64,000 bases of DNA from Eledone cirrhosa (Eukaryota): positions 2,356,001 through 2,420,000 of the forward strand of contig OZ024756.1 in the NCBI GenBank assembly GCA_964016885.1. Direction: 5' to 3'. Below the pieces are notes generated by a model. The model did no database searches and had not been told where the DNA came from. It saw only the letters and a list, made by a program, of their open reading frames with translations. Position 1 is the first letter of the stretch. Every line of letters begins with the position of its first letter. Made by a program: the position numbers and the translations under genes. Positions 14,586 to 29,400 of the stretch are shown piece after piece.

Positions 14586-17500
14586 CAAAACACTTTATCT
14601 CACATTACTGGACTGGGTTACGTGTTGTGTTCTTGAGCAAAACACTTCATCTCACATTACTGGACTGGGTTATGCGTTGTGTTTTTGAGTAAAACACTTC
14701 ATCTCACGTTGCTTGGCTGGGTTATGTGTTGTGTTCTTGAGCAATACACTTTATCTCACGTTCCTGGACTGGGTTATGTGTTGTGTTCTTGAGGAAGACA
14801 CTTCATCTCACATTGCTGGACTGGGTTATATGTTGTTTTCTTGAGCAAGACACTTCAACTCACGTTGCTGGTCTGGGTTATATGTTGTGTTCTTGAGCAA
14901 GACACTTCAATTCACGTTGCTGGACTGGGTTATGTGTGTGTTCTTGAGCAGGACACTTCATCTCACGTTGCTTGACTGGGATATGTGTTGTTTTCTTGAG
15001 CAATACACTTCAACTCACGTTGCTGGACTGGGTTATGTGTTGTGTTCTTGAGCGAAACACTTCATCTCACATTACTGGACTGGGTTATGTGTTGTGTTTT
15101 TGAGTAAAACACTTCATCTCACGTTGCTTGGCTGGGTTATGTGTTGTGTTCTTGAGCAATACACTTTATCTCACGTTCCTGGACTGGGTTATGTGTTGTG
15201 TTCTTGAGGAAGACACTTCATCTCACGTTGCTGGACTGGGTTATATGTTGTGTTCTTGAGCAGGACACTTCATCTCACGTTGCTGGACTGGGTTATATGT
15301 TGTTTTCTTGAGCAAGACACTTCAACTCACGTTGCTGGACTGCGTTGTGTGTTGTGTTCTTGAGCAAAACACTTCATCTCACGTTGCTTGACTGGGATAT
15401 GTGTTGTTTTCTTGAGCAAGACACTTCAACTCACGTTGCTGGACTGGGTTATGTGTTGTGTTCTTGAGCAAAACACTTCAAGTCACCGGGTTATGTGTTG
15501 TGTTTTTGAGCAATACACTTCATCTCGCGTTGCTGGAAAGGGTTTTATGTTGTGCAAGACACTTCAACTCATGTTGTTTTCTTGAGCATGACACTTCAAC
15601 TCACGTTGCTGGACTGGGTTATGTGTTGTGTTCTTGAGCAAGACACTTCATCTCACCGGGTTATGTGTTGTGTTCTTGAGCAAAACACTTCATCTCACAT
15701 TACTGGAGTGGGTTATGTGTTGTGTTCTTGAGAAAAACGCTTCATCTCACGTTGCTGGACTGGGTTATGTGTTGTGTTCTTGAGCAATACACTTCATCTC
15801 ACGTTGCTGGACTGGGTTATGTGTTGTGTTCTTGAGTAAAACACTTCATCTCACGTTGCTGGACTGGGTTATGTGTTGTGTTCTTGAGTAAAACACTTCA
15901 TCTCACGTTGCTGGACTGGGTTATGTGTTGTGTTCTTGAGCAATACACTTCATCTCACGTTGCTGGACTGGGTTATGTGTTGTGTTCTTGAGTAAAACAC
16001 TTCATCTCACGTTGCTGGACTGGGTTATGTGTTGTGTTCTTGAGCAAGACACTTCATTTCACGTTGCTGGACTGGGTTATGTGTTGTGTTCTTGAGCAAC
16101 ACACTTCATTTCACGTTGCTGGACTGGGTTATGTGTTGTGTTCTTGAGCAAGACACTACATCTAACGTTGCAGGACTGCCTTATGTGTTGTGTTCTTGAG
16201 CAATACACTTCATTTCACGTTGCTGGACTGGGTTATGTGTTGTGTTCTTGAGCAGGACACTTCATCTGACATTACTGGACTGGGTTAAGTGTGGTGTTCT
16301 TGAGCAAAACACTTCATCTCACATTACTGGACTGGGTTATGTGTTGTGTTCTTGAGCAAAACACTTCATCTCACGTTGCAGGACTGGGTTATGTGTTGTG
16401 TTCTTGAGCAGGACACTTCATCTCACGTTTCTGGACTGGGTTGTGTGTTGTGTTCTTGAGCAGGACACTTCATCTCACGTTGCTGGACTGGGTTATAGGT
16501 TGTTTTCTTGAGCAATACACTTCAACTCACGTTGCTGGTCTGGGTTATGTGTTGTGTTCTTGAGCAAAACACTTCAACTCACCGGGTTATGTGTTGTGTT
16601 TTTGAGGAATACACTTTATCTCACATTACTGGACTGGGTTACGTGTTGTGTTCTTGAGCTAAACACTTCATCTCACATTACTGGACTGGGTTATGTGTTG
16701 TGTTCTTGAGTAAAACACTTCATCTCACGTTGCTTGGCTGGGTTATGTGTTGTGTTCTTGAGCAATACACTTTATCTCACGTTCCTGGACTGGGTTATGC
16801 GTTGTGTTCTTGAGGAAGACACTTCATCTCACGTTGCTGGACTGGGTTATATGTTGTGTTCTTGAGCAGGACACTTCATCTCACGTTGCTGGACTGGGTT
16901 ATATGTTGTTTTCTTGAGCAATACACTTCAACTCACGTTGCTGGTCTGGGTTATGTGTTGTGTTCTTGAGCAAAACACTTCAACTCACCGGGTTATGTGT
17001 TGTGTTTTTGAGGAATACACTTCATCTCACGTTGCTGGACTGGGTTATGTGTTGTGCAAGACACTTCAACTCATGTTGTTTTCTTGAGCAACACACTTCA
17101 ACTCACGTTGCTGGACTGGGTTATGTGTTGTGTTCTTGAGCAAGACACTTCATCTCACCGGGTTATGTGTTGTGTTCTTGAGCTAAACACTTCATCTCAC
17201 ATTACTGGACTGGGTTATTTGTTGTGTTCTTGAGCAAGACACTTCAACTCACGTTGCTGGACTGGCTTTTGTGATGTTTTCTTGAGCAATACACTTCATC
17301 TCACGTTGTTGGATTGGGTTGTGTTGTGTTCTTGAGCAAGACACTTCAACTCACGTTGCTGGGCTGGGTTATGTGTTGTGTTCTTGAGCATTACACTTCA
17401 ACTCAAGTTGCTGGACTGGGTTATGTGTTGTGTTCTTGAGCAAAACACTTCAACTCACGTTGCTGGGCTGTGTTATATGTTGTGTTCTTGATCAAAACAC

Positions 17501-20500
17501 TTCATCTCACGTTGCTGGACTGGGTTATGTGTTGTGTTCTTGAGCAAGACACTTCATTTCAAGTTGCTGGACTGGGTTATGTGTTGTGTTCTTGAGCAAG
17601 ACACTTCAACCCACGTTGCTGGGCTGGGTTATGTGTTGTTTTCTTGAGCAAGACACTTCAACTCACGTTGCTGGACTGGGTTATGTGTTGTGTTCTTGAT
17701 CAAAACACTTCATCTGACGTTGCTGGACTGGGTTATATGTTGTGTTCTTGAGCAGGACACTTCATCTCACGTTGCTGGACTGGGTTACATGTTGTGTTCT
17801 TGAGCAAGACACTTCATCTGTCGTTGCTGCACTGGGTTATGTGTGGTGTTCTTGAGCAAAACACTTCATCTCATATTACTGGACTGGGTTATGTGTTGTG
17901 TTCTTGAGCAAAAGACTTCATCTCACGTTGCTGGACTGGGTTATGTGTTGTGTTCTTGAGCAGGACACTTCATCTCACGTTGCTGGACTGGGTTGTGTGT
18001 TGTGTTCTTGAGCAAACACTTTATCTCACATTACTGGACTGGGTTACGTGTGTTCTTGAGCAAAACACTTCATCTCGCATTACTGGACTGGGTTATGTGT
18101 TGTGTTCTTTAGTAAAACAGTTCAACTCACGTTGCTGGACTGGGATATGTTTTGTGTTCTTGAGCAAAACATTTCATCTCACGTTGCTGGACTGGGATAT
18201 GTGTTGTGTTCTTGAGCAAGACACATCATCTGACGTTGCTGGACTGGATTATGTGTTGTGTTCTTGATCAAAACACTTCATCTCACGTTGCTGGACTGGG
18301 TTATGTGTTGTGTTCTTGAGCAGGACACTTCATCTGACATTACTGGACTGGGTTATATGTTGTGTTCTTGAGCAAGACACTTCAATTCACGTTGCTGGAC
18401 TGGGTTATGTGTTGTGTTCTTGAGCAGGACACTTCAACTCACGTTGCTGGACTGCGTTGTGTGTTGTGTTCTTGAGCAGGACACTTCATCTCACGTTGCT
18501 GGACTGGGTTATATGTTGTTTTCTTGAGCAAGACACTTCAACTCACGTTGCTGGACTGCGTTGTGTGTTGTGTTCTTGAGCAAAACACTTCATCTCACGT
18601 TGCTTGACTGGGATATGTGTTGTTTTCTTGAGCAAGACACTTCAACTCACGTTGCTGGACTGGGTTATGTGTTGTGTTCTTGAGCAAAACACTTCAACTC
18701 ACCGGGTTATGTGTTGTGTTTTTGAGCAATACACTTCATCTCGCGTTGCTGGAAAGGGTTTTATGTTGTGCAAGACACTTCAACTCATGTTGTTTTCTTG
18801 AGCATGACACTTCAACTCACGTTGCTGGACTGGGTTATGTGTTGTGTTCTTGAGCAAGACACTTCATCTCACCGGGTTATGTGTTGTGTTCTTGAGCAAA
18901 ACACTTCATCTCACATTACTGGAGTGGGTTATGTGTTGTGTTCTTGAGAAAAACGCTTCATCTCACGTTGCTGGACTGGGTTATGTGTTGTGTTTTTGAG
19001 CAGGACACTTCATCTCACGTTGCTGGACTGGGTTATGTGTTGTGTTCTTGAGCAATACACTTCATCTCACGTTGCTGGACTGGGTTATGTGTTGTGTTCT
19101 TGATTAAAACACTTCATCTCACGTTGCTGGACTGGGTTATGTGTTGTGTTCTTGAGTAAAACACTTCATCTCACGTTGCTGGACTGGGTTATGTGTTGTG
19201 TTCTTGAGCAATACACTTCATCTCACGTTGCTGGACTGGGTTATGTGGTGTGTTCTTGAGTAAAACACTTCATCTCACGTTGCTGGACTGGGTTATGTGT
19301 TGTGTTCTTGAGCAAGACACTTCATTTCACGTTGCTGGACTGGGTTATGTGTTGTGTTCTTGAGCAACACACTTCATTTCACGTTGCTGGACTGGGTTAT
19401 GTGTTGTGTTCTTGAGCAAGACACTTCATCTAACGTTGCAGGACTGCCTTATGTGTTGTGTTCTTGAGCAATACACTTCATTTCACGTTGCTGGACTGGG
19501 TTATGTGTTGTGTTCTTGAGCAGGACACTTCATCTGACATTACTGGACTGGGTTAAGTGTGGTGTTCTTGAGCAAAACACTTCATCTCATATTACTGGAC
19601 TGGGTTATGTGTTGTGTTCTTGAGCAAAACACTTCATCTCACGTTGCAGGACTGGGTTATGTGTTGTGTTCTTGAGCAGGACACTTCATCTCACGTTTCT
19701 GGACTGGGTTGTGTGTTGTGTTCTTGAGCAGGACACTTCATCTCACGTTGCTGGACTGGGTTATAGGTTGTTTTCTTGAGCAATACACTTCAACTCACGT
19801 TGCTGGTCTGGGTTATGTGTTGTGTTCTTGAGCGAAACACTTCAACTCACCGGGTTATGTGTTGTGTTTTTGAGGAATACACTTTATCTCACATTACTGG
19901 ACTGGGTTACGTGTTGTGTTCTTGAGCTAAACACTTCATCTCACATTACTGGACTGGGTTATGTGTTGTGTTCTTGAGTAAAACACTTCATCTCACGTTG
20001 CTTGGCTGGGTTATGTGTTGTGTTCTTGAGCAATACACTTTATCTCACGTTCCTGGACTGGGTTATGCGTTGTGTTCTTGAGGAAGACACTTCATCTCAC
20101 GTTGCTGGACTGGGTTATATGTTGTGTTCTTGAGCAGGACACTTCATCTCACGTTGCTGGACTGGGTTATAGGTTGTTTTCTTGAGCAATACACTTCAAC
20201 TCACGTTGCTGGTCTGGGTTATGTGTTGTGTTCTTGAGCAAAACACTTCAACTCACCGGGTTATGTGTTGTGTTTTTGAGGAATACACTTCATCTCACGT
20301 TGCTGGACTGGGTTATGTGTTGTGCAAGACACTTCAACTCATGTTGTTTTCTTGAGCAACACACTTCAACTCACGTTGCTGGACTGGGTTATGTGTTGTG
20401 TTCTTGAGCAAGACACTTCATCTCACCGGGTTATGTGTTGTGTTCTTGAGCTAAACACTTCATCTCACATTACTGGACTGGGTTATTTGTTGTGTTCTTG

Positions 20501-23500
20501 AGCAAGACACTTCAACTCACGTTGCTGGACTGGCTTTTGTGATGTTTTCTTGAGCAATACACTTCATCTCACGTTGTTGGATTGGGTTGTGTTGTGTTCT
20601 TGAGCAAGACACTTCAACTCACGTTGCTGGGCTGGGTTATGTGTTGTGTTCTTGAGCAAGACACTTCAACTCAAGTTGCTGGACTGGGTTATGTGTTGTG
20701 TTCTTGAGCAAAACACTTCAACTCACGTTGCTGGGCTGTGTTATATGTTGTGTTCTTGATCAAAACACTTCATCTCACGTTGCTGGACTGGGTTATGTGT
20801 TGTGTTCTTGAGCAAGACACTTCATTTCAAGTTGCTGGACTGGGTTATGTGTTGTGTTCTTGAGCAAGACACTTCAACCCACGTTGCTGGGCTGGGTTAT
20901 GTGTTGTTTTCTTGAGCAAGACACTTCAACTCACGTTGCTGGACTGGGTTATGTGTTGTGTTCTTGATCAAAACACTTCATCTGACGTTGCTGGACTGGG
21001 TTATATGTTGTGTTCTTGAGCAGGACACTTCATCTCACGTTGCTGGACTGGGTTACATGTTGTGTTCTTGAGCAAGACACTTCATCTGTCGTTGCTGCAC
21101 TGGGTTATGTGTGGTGTTCTTGAGCAAAACACTTCATCTCATATTACTGGACTGGGTTATGTGTTGTGTTCTTGAGCAAAAGACTTCATCTCACGTTGCT
21201 GGACTGGGTTATGTGTTGTGTTCTTGAGCAGGACACTTCATCTCACGTTGCTGGACTGGGTTGTGTGTTGTGTTCTTGAGCAAACACTTTATCTCACATT
21301 ACTGGACTGGGTTACGTGTGTTCTTGAGCAAAACACTTCATCTCGCATTACTGGACTGGGTTATGTGTTGTGTTCTTTAGTAAAACAGTTCAACTCACGT
21401 TGCTGGACTGGGATATGTTTTGTGTTCTTGAGCAAAACATTTCATCTCACGTTGCTGGACTGGGATATGTGTTGTGTTCTTGAGCAAGACACATCATCTG
21501 ACGTTGCTGGACTGGATTATGTGTTGTGTTCTTGATCAAAACACTTCATCTCACGTTGCTGGACTGGGTTATGTGTTGTGTTCTTGAGCAGGACACTTCA
21601 TCTGACATTACTGGACTGGGTTATATGTTGTGTTCTTGAGCAAGACACTTCAATTCACGTTGCTGGACTGGGTTATGTGTTGTGTTCTTGAGCAGGACAC
21701 TTCAACTCACGTTGCTGGACTGCGCTGTGTGTTGTGTTCTTGATCAAAACACTTCATCTTACGTTGCTGGACTGGGTTATGTGTTGTGTTCTTGAGCAAG
21801 ACACTTCATTTCAAGTTGCTGGACTGGGTTATGTGTTGTGTTCTTGAGCAAGACACTTCAACTCACGTTGCTGGGCTGGGTTATGTGTTGTTTTCTTGAG
21901 CAAGACACTTCAACTCACGTTGCTGGACTGGGTTATGTGTTGTGTTCTTGAGCAAGACACTTCATCTCACCGGGTTATGTGTTGTGTTCTTGGGCAAAAC
22001 ACTTCATCTCACATTACTGGACTGGGTTATGTGTTGTGTTCTTGAGAAAAACGCTTCATCTCACGTTGCTGGACTGGGTTATGTGTTGTGTTTTTGAGCA
22101 GGACACTTCATCTCACGTTGCTGGACTGTGTTATGTGTTGTGTTCTTGAGTAAAACACTTCATCTCACGTTGCTGGACTGGGTTATGTGTTGTGTTCTTG
22201 AGCAATACACTTCATCTCACGATGCTGGACTGGGTTATGTGTTGTTTTCTTGAGTAAAACACTTCATCTCACGTTGCTGGACTGGGTTATGTGTTGTGTT
22301 CTTGAGCAAAACACTTCATTTCACGTTGCTGGACTGGGTTATGTGTTGTGTTCTTGAGCAACACACTTCATTTCACGTTGCTGGACTGGGTTATGTGTTG
22401 TGTTCTTGAGCAAGACACTTCATCTAACGTTGCAGGACTGGCTTATGTGTTGTGCTTTTGAGCATTACACTTCATTTCACGTTGCTGGACTGGGTTATGT
22501 GTTGTGTTCTTAAGCAGGACACTTCATCTCACGTTGCTGGACTGGGTTATGTGTTGTGTCCTTGAGCAAAACACTTCATCTCACGTTGCAGGACTGGGTT
22601 ATGTGTTGTGTTCTTGTGCAAGACACTTCATCTCACGTTGCTGGACTGGGTTATGTGTTGTGTTCTTGAGCAATACACTTCATCTCACGTTGCTGGACTG
22701 GGTTATGTGTTGTGTTCTTGAGCAAGACACTTCATCTAACGTTGCAGGACTGGCTTATGTGTTGTGCTCTTGAGCATTACACTTCATTTCACGTTGCTGG
22801 ACTGGGTTATGTGTTGTGTTCTTAAGCAGGACACTTCATCTCACGTTGCTGGACTGGGTTATGTGTTGTGTCCTTGAGCAAAACACTTCATCACACGTTG
22901 CTGGACTGGGTTATGTGTTGTGTTCTTGAGCAAAACACCTCACTCACGTTGCTGGACTGGGTTATGTGTTGTGTTCTTGAGCAGGACACTTCATCTCACG
23001 TTGCTGGACCGGGTTATGTGTTGTGTTCTTGAGCAAAGCACTTCATCTCACATTACTGGACTGGGTTATGTGTTGTGTTCTTGAGAAAAACGCTTCATCT
23101 CACGTTGCTGGACTGGGTTATGTGTTGTGTTCTTGAGCAAGACACTTCATCTAACGTTGCAGGACTGGCTTACGTGTTGTGCTCTTGAGCATTACACTTC
23201 ATTTCACGTTGCTGGACTGGGTTATGTGTTGTGTTCTTAAGCAGGACACTTCATCTCACGTTGCTGGACTGGGTTATGTGTTGTGTCCTTGAGCAAAACA
23301 CTTCATCTCACGTTGCAGGACTGGGTTATGTGTTGTGTTCTTGTGCAAGACACTTCATCTCACGTTGCTGGACTGGGTTATGTGTTGTGTTCTTGAGCAA
23401 TACACTTCATCTCACGTTGCTGGACTGGGTTATGTGTTGTGTTCTTGAGCAAGACACTTCAACTAACGTTGCAGGACTGGCTTATGTGTTGTGCTCTTGA

Positions 23501-26499
23501 GCAAAACACTTCATCTCACGTTGCTGGACTGGGTTATGTGTTGTGTTCTTGAGCAGGACACTTCATCTCACGTTGCTGGACCGGGTTATGTGTTGTGTTC
23601 TTGAGCAAAGCACTTCATCTCACATTACTGGACTGGGTTATGTGTTGTGTTCTTGAGAAAAACGCTTCATCTCACGTTGCTGGACTGGGTTATGTGTTGT
23701 GTTCTTGAGCAGGACACTTCATCTGACATTACTGGACTGGGTTAAGTGTGGTGTTCTTGAGTAAAACACTTCATCTCACGTTGCTGGACAGGGTTATGTG
23801 TTGTGTTCTTGAGCAATACACTTCATCTCACGTTGCTTGACTGGGTTATGTGTTGTGTTCTTGAGCAGGACACTTCATCTCACGTTGCTGGACTGGGTTG
23901 TGTGTTGTGTTCTTGAGCAAGACACTTAATTTCAAGTTGCTGGACTGGGTTATGTGTTGTGTTTTTGTGCAATACACTTCATCTCACGTTGCTGGACTGG
24001 GTTATATGTTGTGCAAGACACTTCAACTCATGTTGTTTTCTTGAGCAAGACACTTCAACTCACGTTGCTGGACCGGGTTATGTGTTGTGTTCTTGAGCAA
24101 AACACTTCATCTCACATTACTGGACTGGGTTATGTGTTGTGTTCTTGAGAAAAACGCTTCATCTCACGTTGCTGGACTGGGTTATGTGTTGTGTTTTTGA
24201 GCAGGACACTTCATCTCACGTTGCTGGACTGGGTTATGTGTTGTGTTCTTGAGTAAAACACTTCATCTCACGTTGCTGGACTGGGTTATGTGTTGTGTTC
24301 TTGAGCAATACACTTCATCTCACGATGCTGGACTGGGTTATGTGTTGATTTCTTGAGTAAAACACTTCATCTCCCGTTGCCGGACTGGGTTATGTGTTGT
24401 GTTCTTGAGCAAGACACTTCATTTCACGTTGCTGGACTAGGTTATGTGTTGTGTTCTTGAGCAACACACTTCAATTCACGTTGCTGGACTGGGTTATGTG
24501 TTGTGTTCTTGAGCAAGACACTTCATCTAACGTTGCAGGACTGGCTTATGTGTTGTGTTCTTGAGCAATACACTTCATTTCACGTTGCTGGACTGGGTTA
24601 TGTGTTGTGTTATTGAGCAGGACACTTCAACTCACGTTGCTGGACTGCGCTGTGTGTTGTGTTCTTGATCAAAACACTTCATCTTACGTTGCTGGACTGG
24701 GTTATGTGTTGTGTTCTTGAGCAAGACACTTCATTTCAAGTTGCTGGACTGGGTTATGTGTTGTGTTCTTGAGCAAGACACTTCAACTCACGTTGCTGGG
24801 CTGGGTTATGTGTTGTTTTCTTGAGCAAGACACTTCAACTCACGTTGCTGGACTGGGTTATGTGTTGTGTTCTTGAGCAAGACACTTCATCTCACCGGGT
24901 TATGTGTTGTGTTCTTGGGCAAAACACTTCATCTCACATTACTGGACTGGGTTATGTGTTGTGTTCTTGAGAAAAACGCTTCATCTCACGTTGCTGGACT
25001 GGGTTATGTGTTGTGTTTTTGAGCAGGACTCTTCATCTCACGTTGCTGGACTGTGTTATGTGTTGTGTTCTTGAGTAAAACACTTCATCTCACGTTGCTG
25101 GACTGGGTTATGTGTTGTGTTCTTGAGCAATACACTTCATCTCACGATGCTGGACTGGGATATGTTTTGTGTTCTTGAGCAAAACATTTCATCTCACGTT
25201 GCTGGACTGGGATATGTGTTGTGTTCTTGAGCAAGACACATCATCTGACGTTGCTGGAATGGATTATGTGTTGTGTTCTTGATCAAAACACTTCATCTCA
25301 CGTTGCTGGACTGGGTTATGTGTTGTGTTCTTGAGCAGGACACTTCATCTGACATTACTGGACTGGGTTATATGTTGTGTTCTTGAGCAAGACACTTCAA
25401 TTCACGTTGCTGGACTGGGTTATGTGTTGTGTTCTTGAGCAGGACACTTCAACTCACGTTGCTGGACTGCGTTGTGTGTTGTGTTCTTGATCAAAACACT
25501 TCATCTCACGTTGATGGACTGGGTTATGTGTTGTGTTCTTGAGCAAGACACTTCATTTCAAGTTGCTGGACTGCGTTATGTGTTGTTTTCTTGAGCAAGA
25601 CACTTCAACTCACGTTGCTGGACTGGTTTATGTGTTGTGATTTTGAGCAAGACACTTCATCTCACGTTGCTGGACTGGGTTATGTGTTGTGTTATTGAGC
25701 AATACACTTCATCTCACGTTGCTGGACTGGGTTATGTGTTGTGTTCTTGAATAAAACACTTCATCTAACGTTGCTGGACTGGGTTATGTGTTGTGTTCTT
25801 GAGCAAGACACTTCATTTCCCGTTGCTGGACTGGGTTATGTGTTGTGTTCTTGAGCAAAACACTTCAACTCACCGGGTTATGTGTTGTGTTTTTGAACAA
25901 TACACTTCATCTCACGTTGCTGGACTGGGTTATATGTTGTGCAAGACACTTCAATTCATGTTGTTTTCTTGAGCAAGACACTTCAACTCACGTTGCTGGA
26001 CTGGGTTATGTGTTGTGTTCTTGAGCAAGACACTTCATCTCACCGGGTTATGTGTTGTGTTCTTGGGCAAAACACTTCATCTCACATTACTGGACTGGGT
26101 TATGTGTTGTGTTCTTGAGAAAAACGCTTCATCTCACGTTGCTGGACTGGGTTATGTGTTGTGTTTTTGAGCAGGACACTTCATCTCACGTTGCTGGACT
26201 GGGTTATGTGTTGTGTTCTTGAGTAAAACACTTCATCTCACGTTGCTGGACTGGGTTATGTGTTGTGTTCCTGAGCAATACACTTCATCTCACGATGCTG
26301 GACTGGGTTATGTGTTGTTTTCTTGTGTAAAACACTTCATCTCACGTTGCTGGACTGGGTTATGTGTTGTGTTCTTGAGCAAAACACTTCATTTCACGTT
26401 GCTGGACTGGGTTATGTGTTGTGTTCTTGAGCAATACACTTCATTTCACGTTGCTGGACTGGGTTATGTGTTGTGTTCTTGAGCAAGACACTTCATCCA

Positions 26500-29400
26500 A
26501 CGTTGCAGGACTGGCTTATGTGTTGTGTTCTTAAGCAGGACACTTCATCTCACGTTGCTGGACTGGGTTATGTGTTGTGTCCTTGAGCAAAACACTTCAT
26601 CTCACGTTGCAGGACTGGGTTATGTGTTGTGTTCTTGTGCAAGACACTTCATCTCACGTTGCTGGACTGGGTTATGTGTTGTGTTCTTGAGCAATACACT
26701 TCATCTCACGTTGCTGGACTGGGTTATGTGTTGTGTTCTTGAGCAAGACACTTCATCTAACGTTGCAGGACTGGCTTATGTGTTGTGCTCTTGAGCATTA
26801 CACTTCATTTCACGTTGCTGGACTGGGTTATGTGTTGTGTTCTTAAGCAGGACACTTCATCTCACGTTGCTGGACTGGGTTATGTGTTGTGTCCTTGAGC
26901 AAAACACTTCATCTCACGTTGCTGGACTGGGTTATGTGTTGTGTTCTTGAGCAAAACACTTCATCTCACGTTGCTGGACTGGGTTATGTGTTGTGTTCTT
27001 GAGCAGGACACTTCATCTCACTTTGCTGGACCGGGTTATGTGTTGTGTTCTTGAGCAAAGCACTTCATCTCACATTACTGGACTGGGTTATGTGTTGTGT
27101 TCTTGAGAAAAACGCTTCATCTCACGTTGCTGGACTGGGTTATGTGTTGTGTTCTTGAGCAGGACACTTCATCTGACATTACTGGACTGGGTTAAGTGTG
27201 GTGTTCTTGAGCAAAACACTTCATCTCATATTACTGGACTGGGTTATGTGTTGTGTTCTTGAGCAAAAGACTTCATCTCACGTTGCTGGACTGGGTTATG
27301 TGTTGTGTTCTTGAGCAGGACACTTCATCTCACGTTGCTGGACTGGGTTGTGTGTTGTGTTCTTGAGCAAACACTTTATCTCACATTACTGGACTTGGTT
27401 ACGTGTGTTCTTGAGCAAAACACTTCATCTCGCATTACTGGACTGGGTTATGGGTTGTGTTCTTGAGTAAAACACTTCATCTCACGTTGCTGGACAGGGT
27501 TATGTGTTGTGTTCTTGAGCAAGACACTTCATCTCACGTTGCTGGACTGGGTTATGTGTTGTGTTCTTGAGCAATACACTTCATCTCACGTTGCTTGACT
27601 GGGTTATGTGTTGTGTTCTTGAGCAAGACACTTCATCTCACGTTGCTGGACTGGGTTATATGTTGTGTTCTTGAGCAGGACACTTCGTCTCACGTTGCTG
27701 GACTGGGTTATATGTTGTTTTCTTGAGCAAGACACTTCAATTCACGTTGCTGGACTGGGTTAAGTGTTGTGTTCTTGAGCAGGACACTTCAACTCACGTT
27801 GCTGGACTGGGTGATGTGTTGTGTTCTTGAGCAAAACACTTCAACTCACCGGGTTATGTGTTGTGTTTTTGAGCAATACACTTCGTCTCACGTTGCTGGA
27901 CTGGGTTATATGTTGTGCAAGACACTTCAACTCATGTTGTTTTCTTGAGCAAGACACTTCAACTCACGTTGCTGGACCGGGTTATGTGTTGTGTTCTTGA
28001 GCAAAACACTTCATCTCACATTACTGGACTGGGTTATGTGTTGTGTTCTTGAGTAAAACACTTCATCTCACGTTGCTGGACTGGGTTATGTGTTGTGTTC
28101 TTGAGCAATACACTTCATCTCACGATGCTGGACTGGGTTATGTGTTGATTTCTTGAGTAAAACACTTCATCTCCCGTTGCTGGACTGGGTTATGTGTTGT
28201 GTTCTTGAGCAAGACACTTCATTTCACGTTGCTGGACTAGGTTATGTGTTGTGTTCTTGAGCAACACACTTCAATTCAGGTTGCTGGACTGGGTTATGTG
28301 TTGTGTTCTTGAGCAAGACACTTCATCTAACGTTGCAGGACTGGCTTATGTGTTGTGTTCTTGAGCAATACACTTCATTTCACGTTGCTGGACTGGGTTA
28401 TGTGTTGTGTTCTTGTGCATAACACTTCATCTCACGTTGCTGGACTGGGTTATGTGTTGTGTTCTTGAGCAAAACACTTCATCTCACGTTGCTGGACTGG
28501 GTTATGTGTTGTGTTCTTGTGCAAAACACTTCATCTCACGTTGCTGGACTGGGTTATGTGTTGTGTTCTTGAGCAGGACACTTCATCTGACATTACTGGA
28601 CTGGGTTAAGTGTGGTGTTCTTGAGCAAAACACTTCATCTCACATTACTGGACTTGGTTATGTGTTGTGTTCTTGAGCAAAACACTTCATCTCACATTAT
28701 TGGACTGGGTTATGTGTTGTGTTCTTGAGCAAAACACAACATCTCACGTTGCTGGACTGGGTTATATGTTGTGCAAGACACTTCAACTCATGTTGTTTTC
28801 TTGAGCAAGACACTTCAACTCACGTTGCTGGACTGGGTTATGTGTCGTGTTCTTGAGCAAGACACTTCATCTAACGTTGCTGGACTGGGTTATGTGTCGT
28901 GTTCTTGAGCAAGACATTTCACCTCACCGGGTTATGTGTTGTGTTTTTGAGCAATACACTTCATCTCACGTTGCTGGACTGGGTTATATGTTGTGTTTTT
29001 GAGCAGGACACTTCATCTCACGTTGCTGGACTGGGTTGTTTGTTGTGTTCTTGAGCAAAACACTTCATCTCACGTTGCTGGACTGGGTTATATGTTGTGT
29101 TCTTGAGCATGACACTTCAACTCACGTTGCTGGACTGGGTTATATGTTGTGTTCTTGAGCAAGACACTTCAATTCACGTTGCTGGACTGGGTTATGTGTT
29201 GTGTTCTTGAGCAGGACACTTCAACTCACGTTGCTGGACTGCGTTGTGTGTTGTGTTCTTGAGCAAAACACTTCATCTCACGTTGCTGGACTCGGTTATA
29301 TGTTGTGTTCTTGAGCAGGACACTTCATCTCACGTTGCTGGACTGGGTTATGTGTTGTTTTCTTGAGCAAGATACTTCAACTCACGTTGCTGGACTGGGT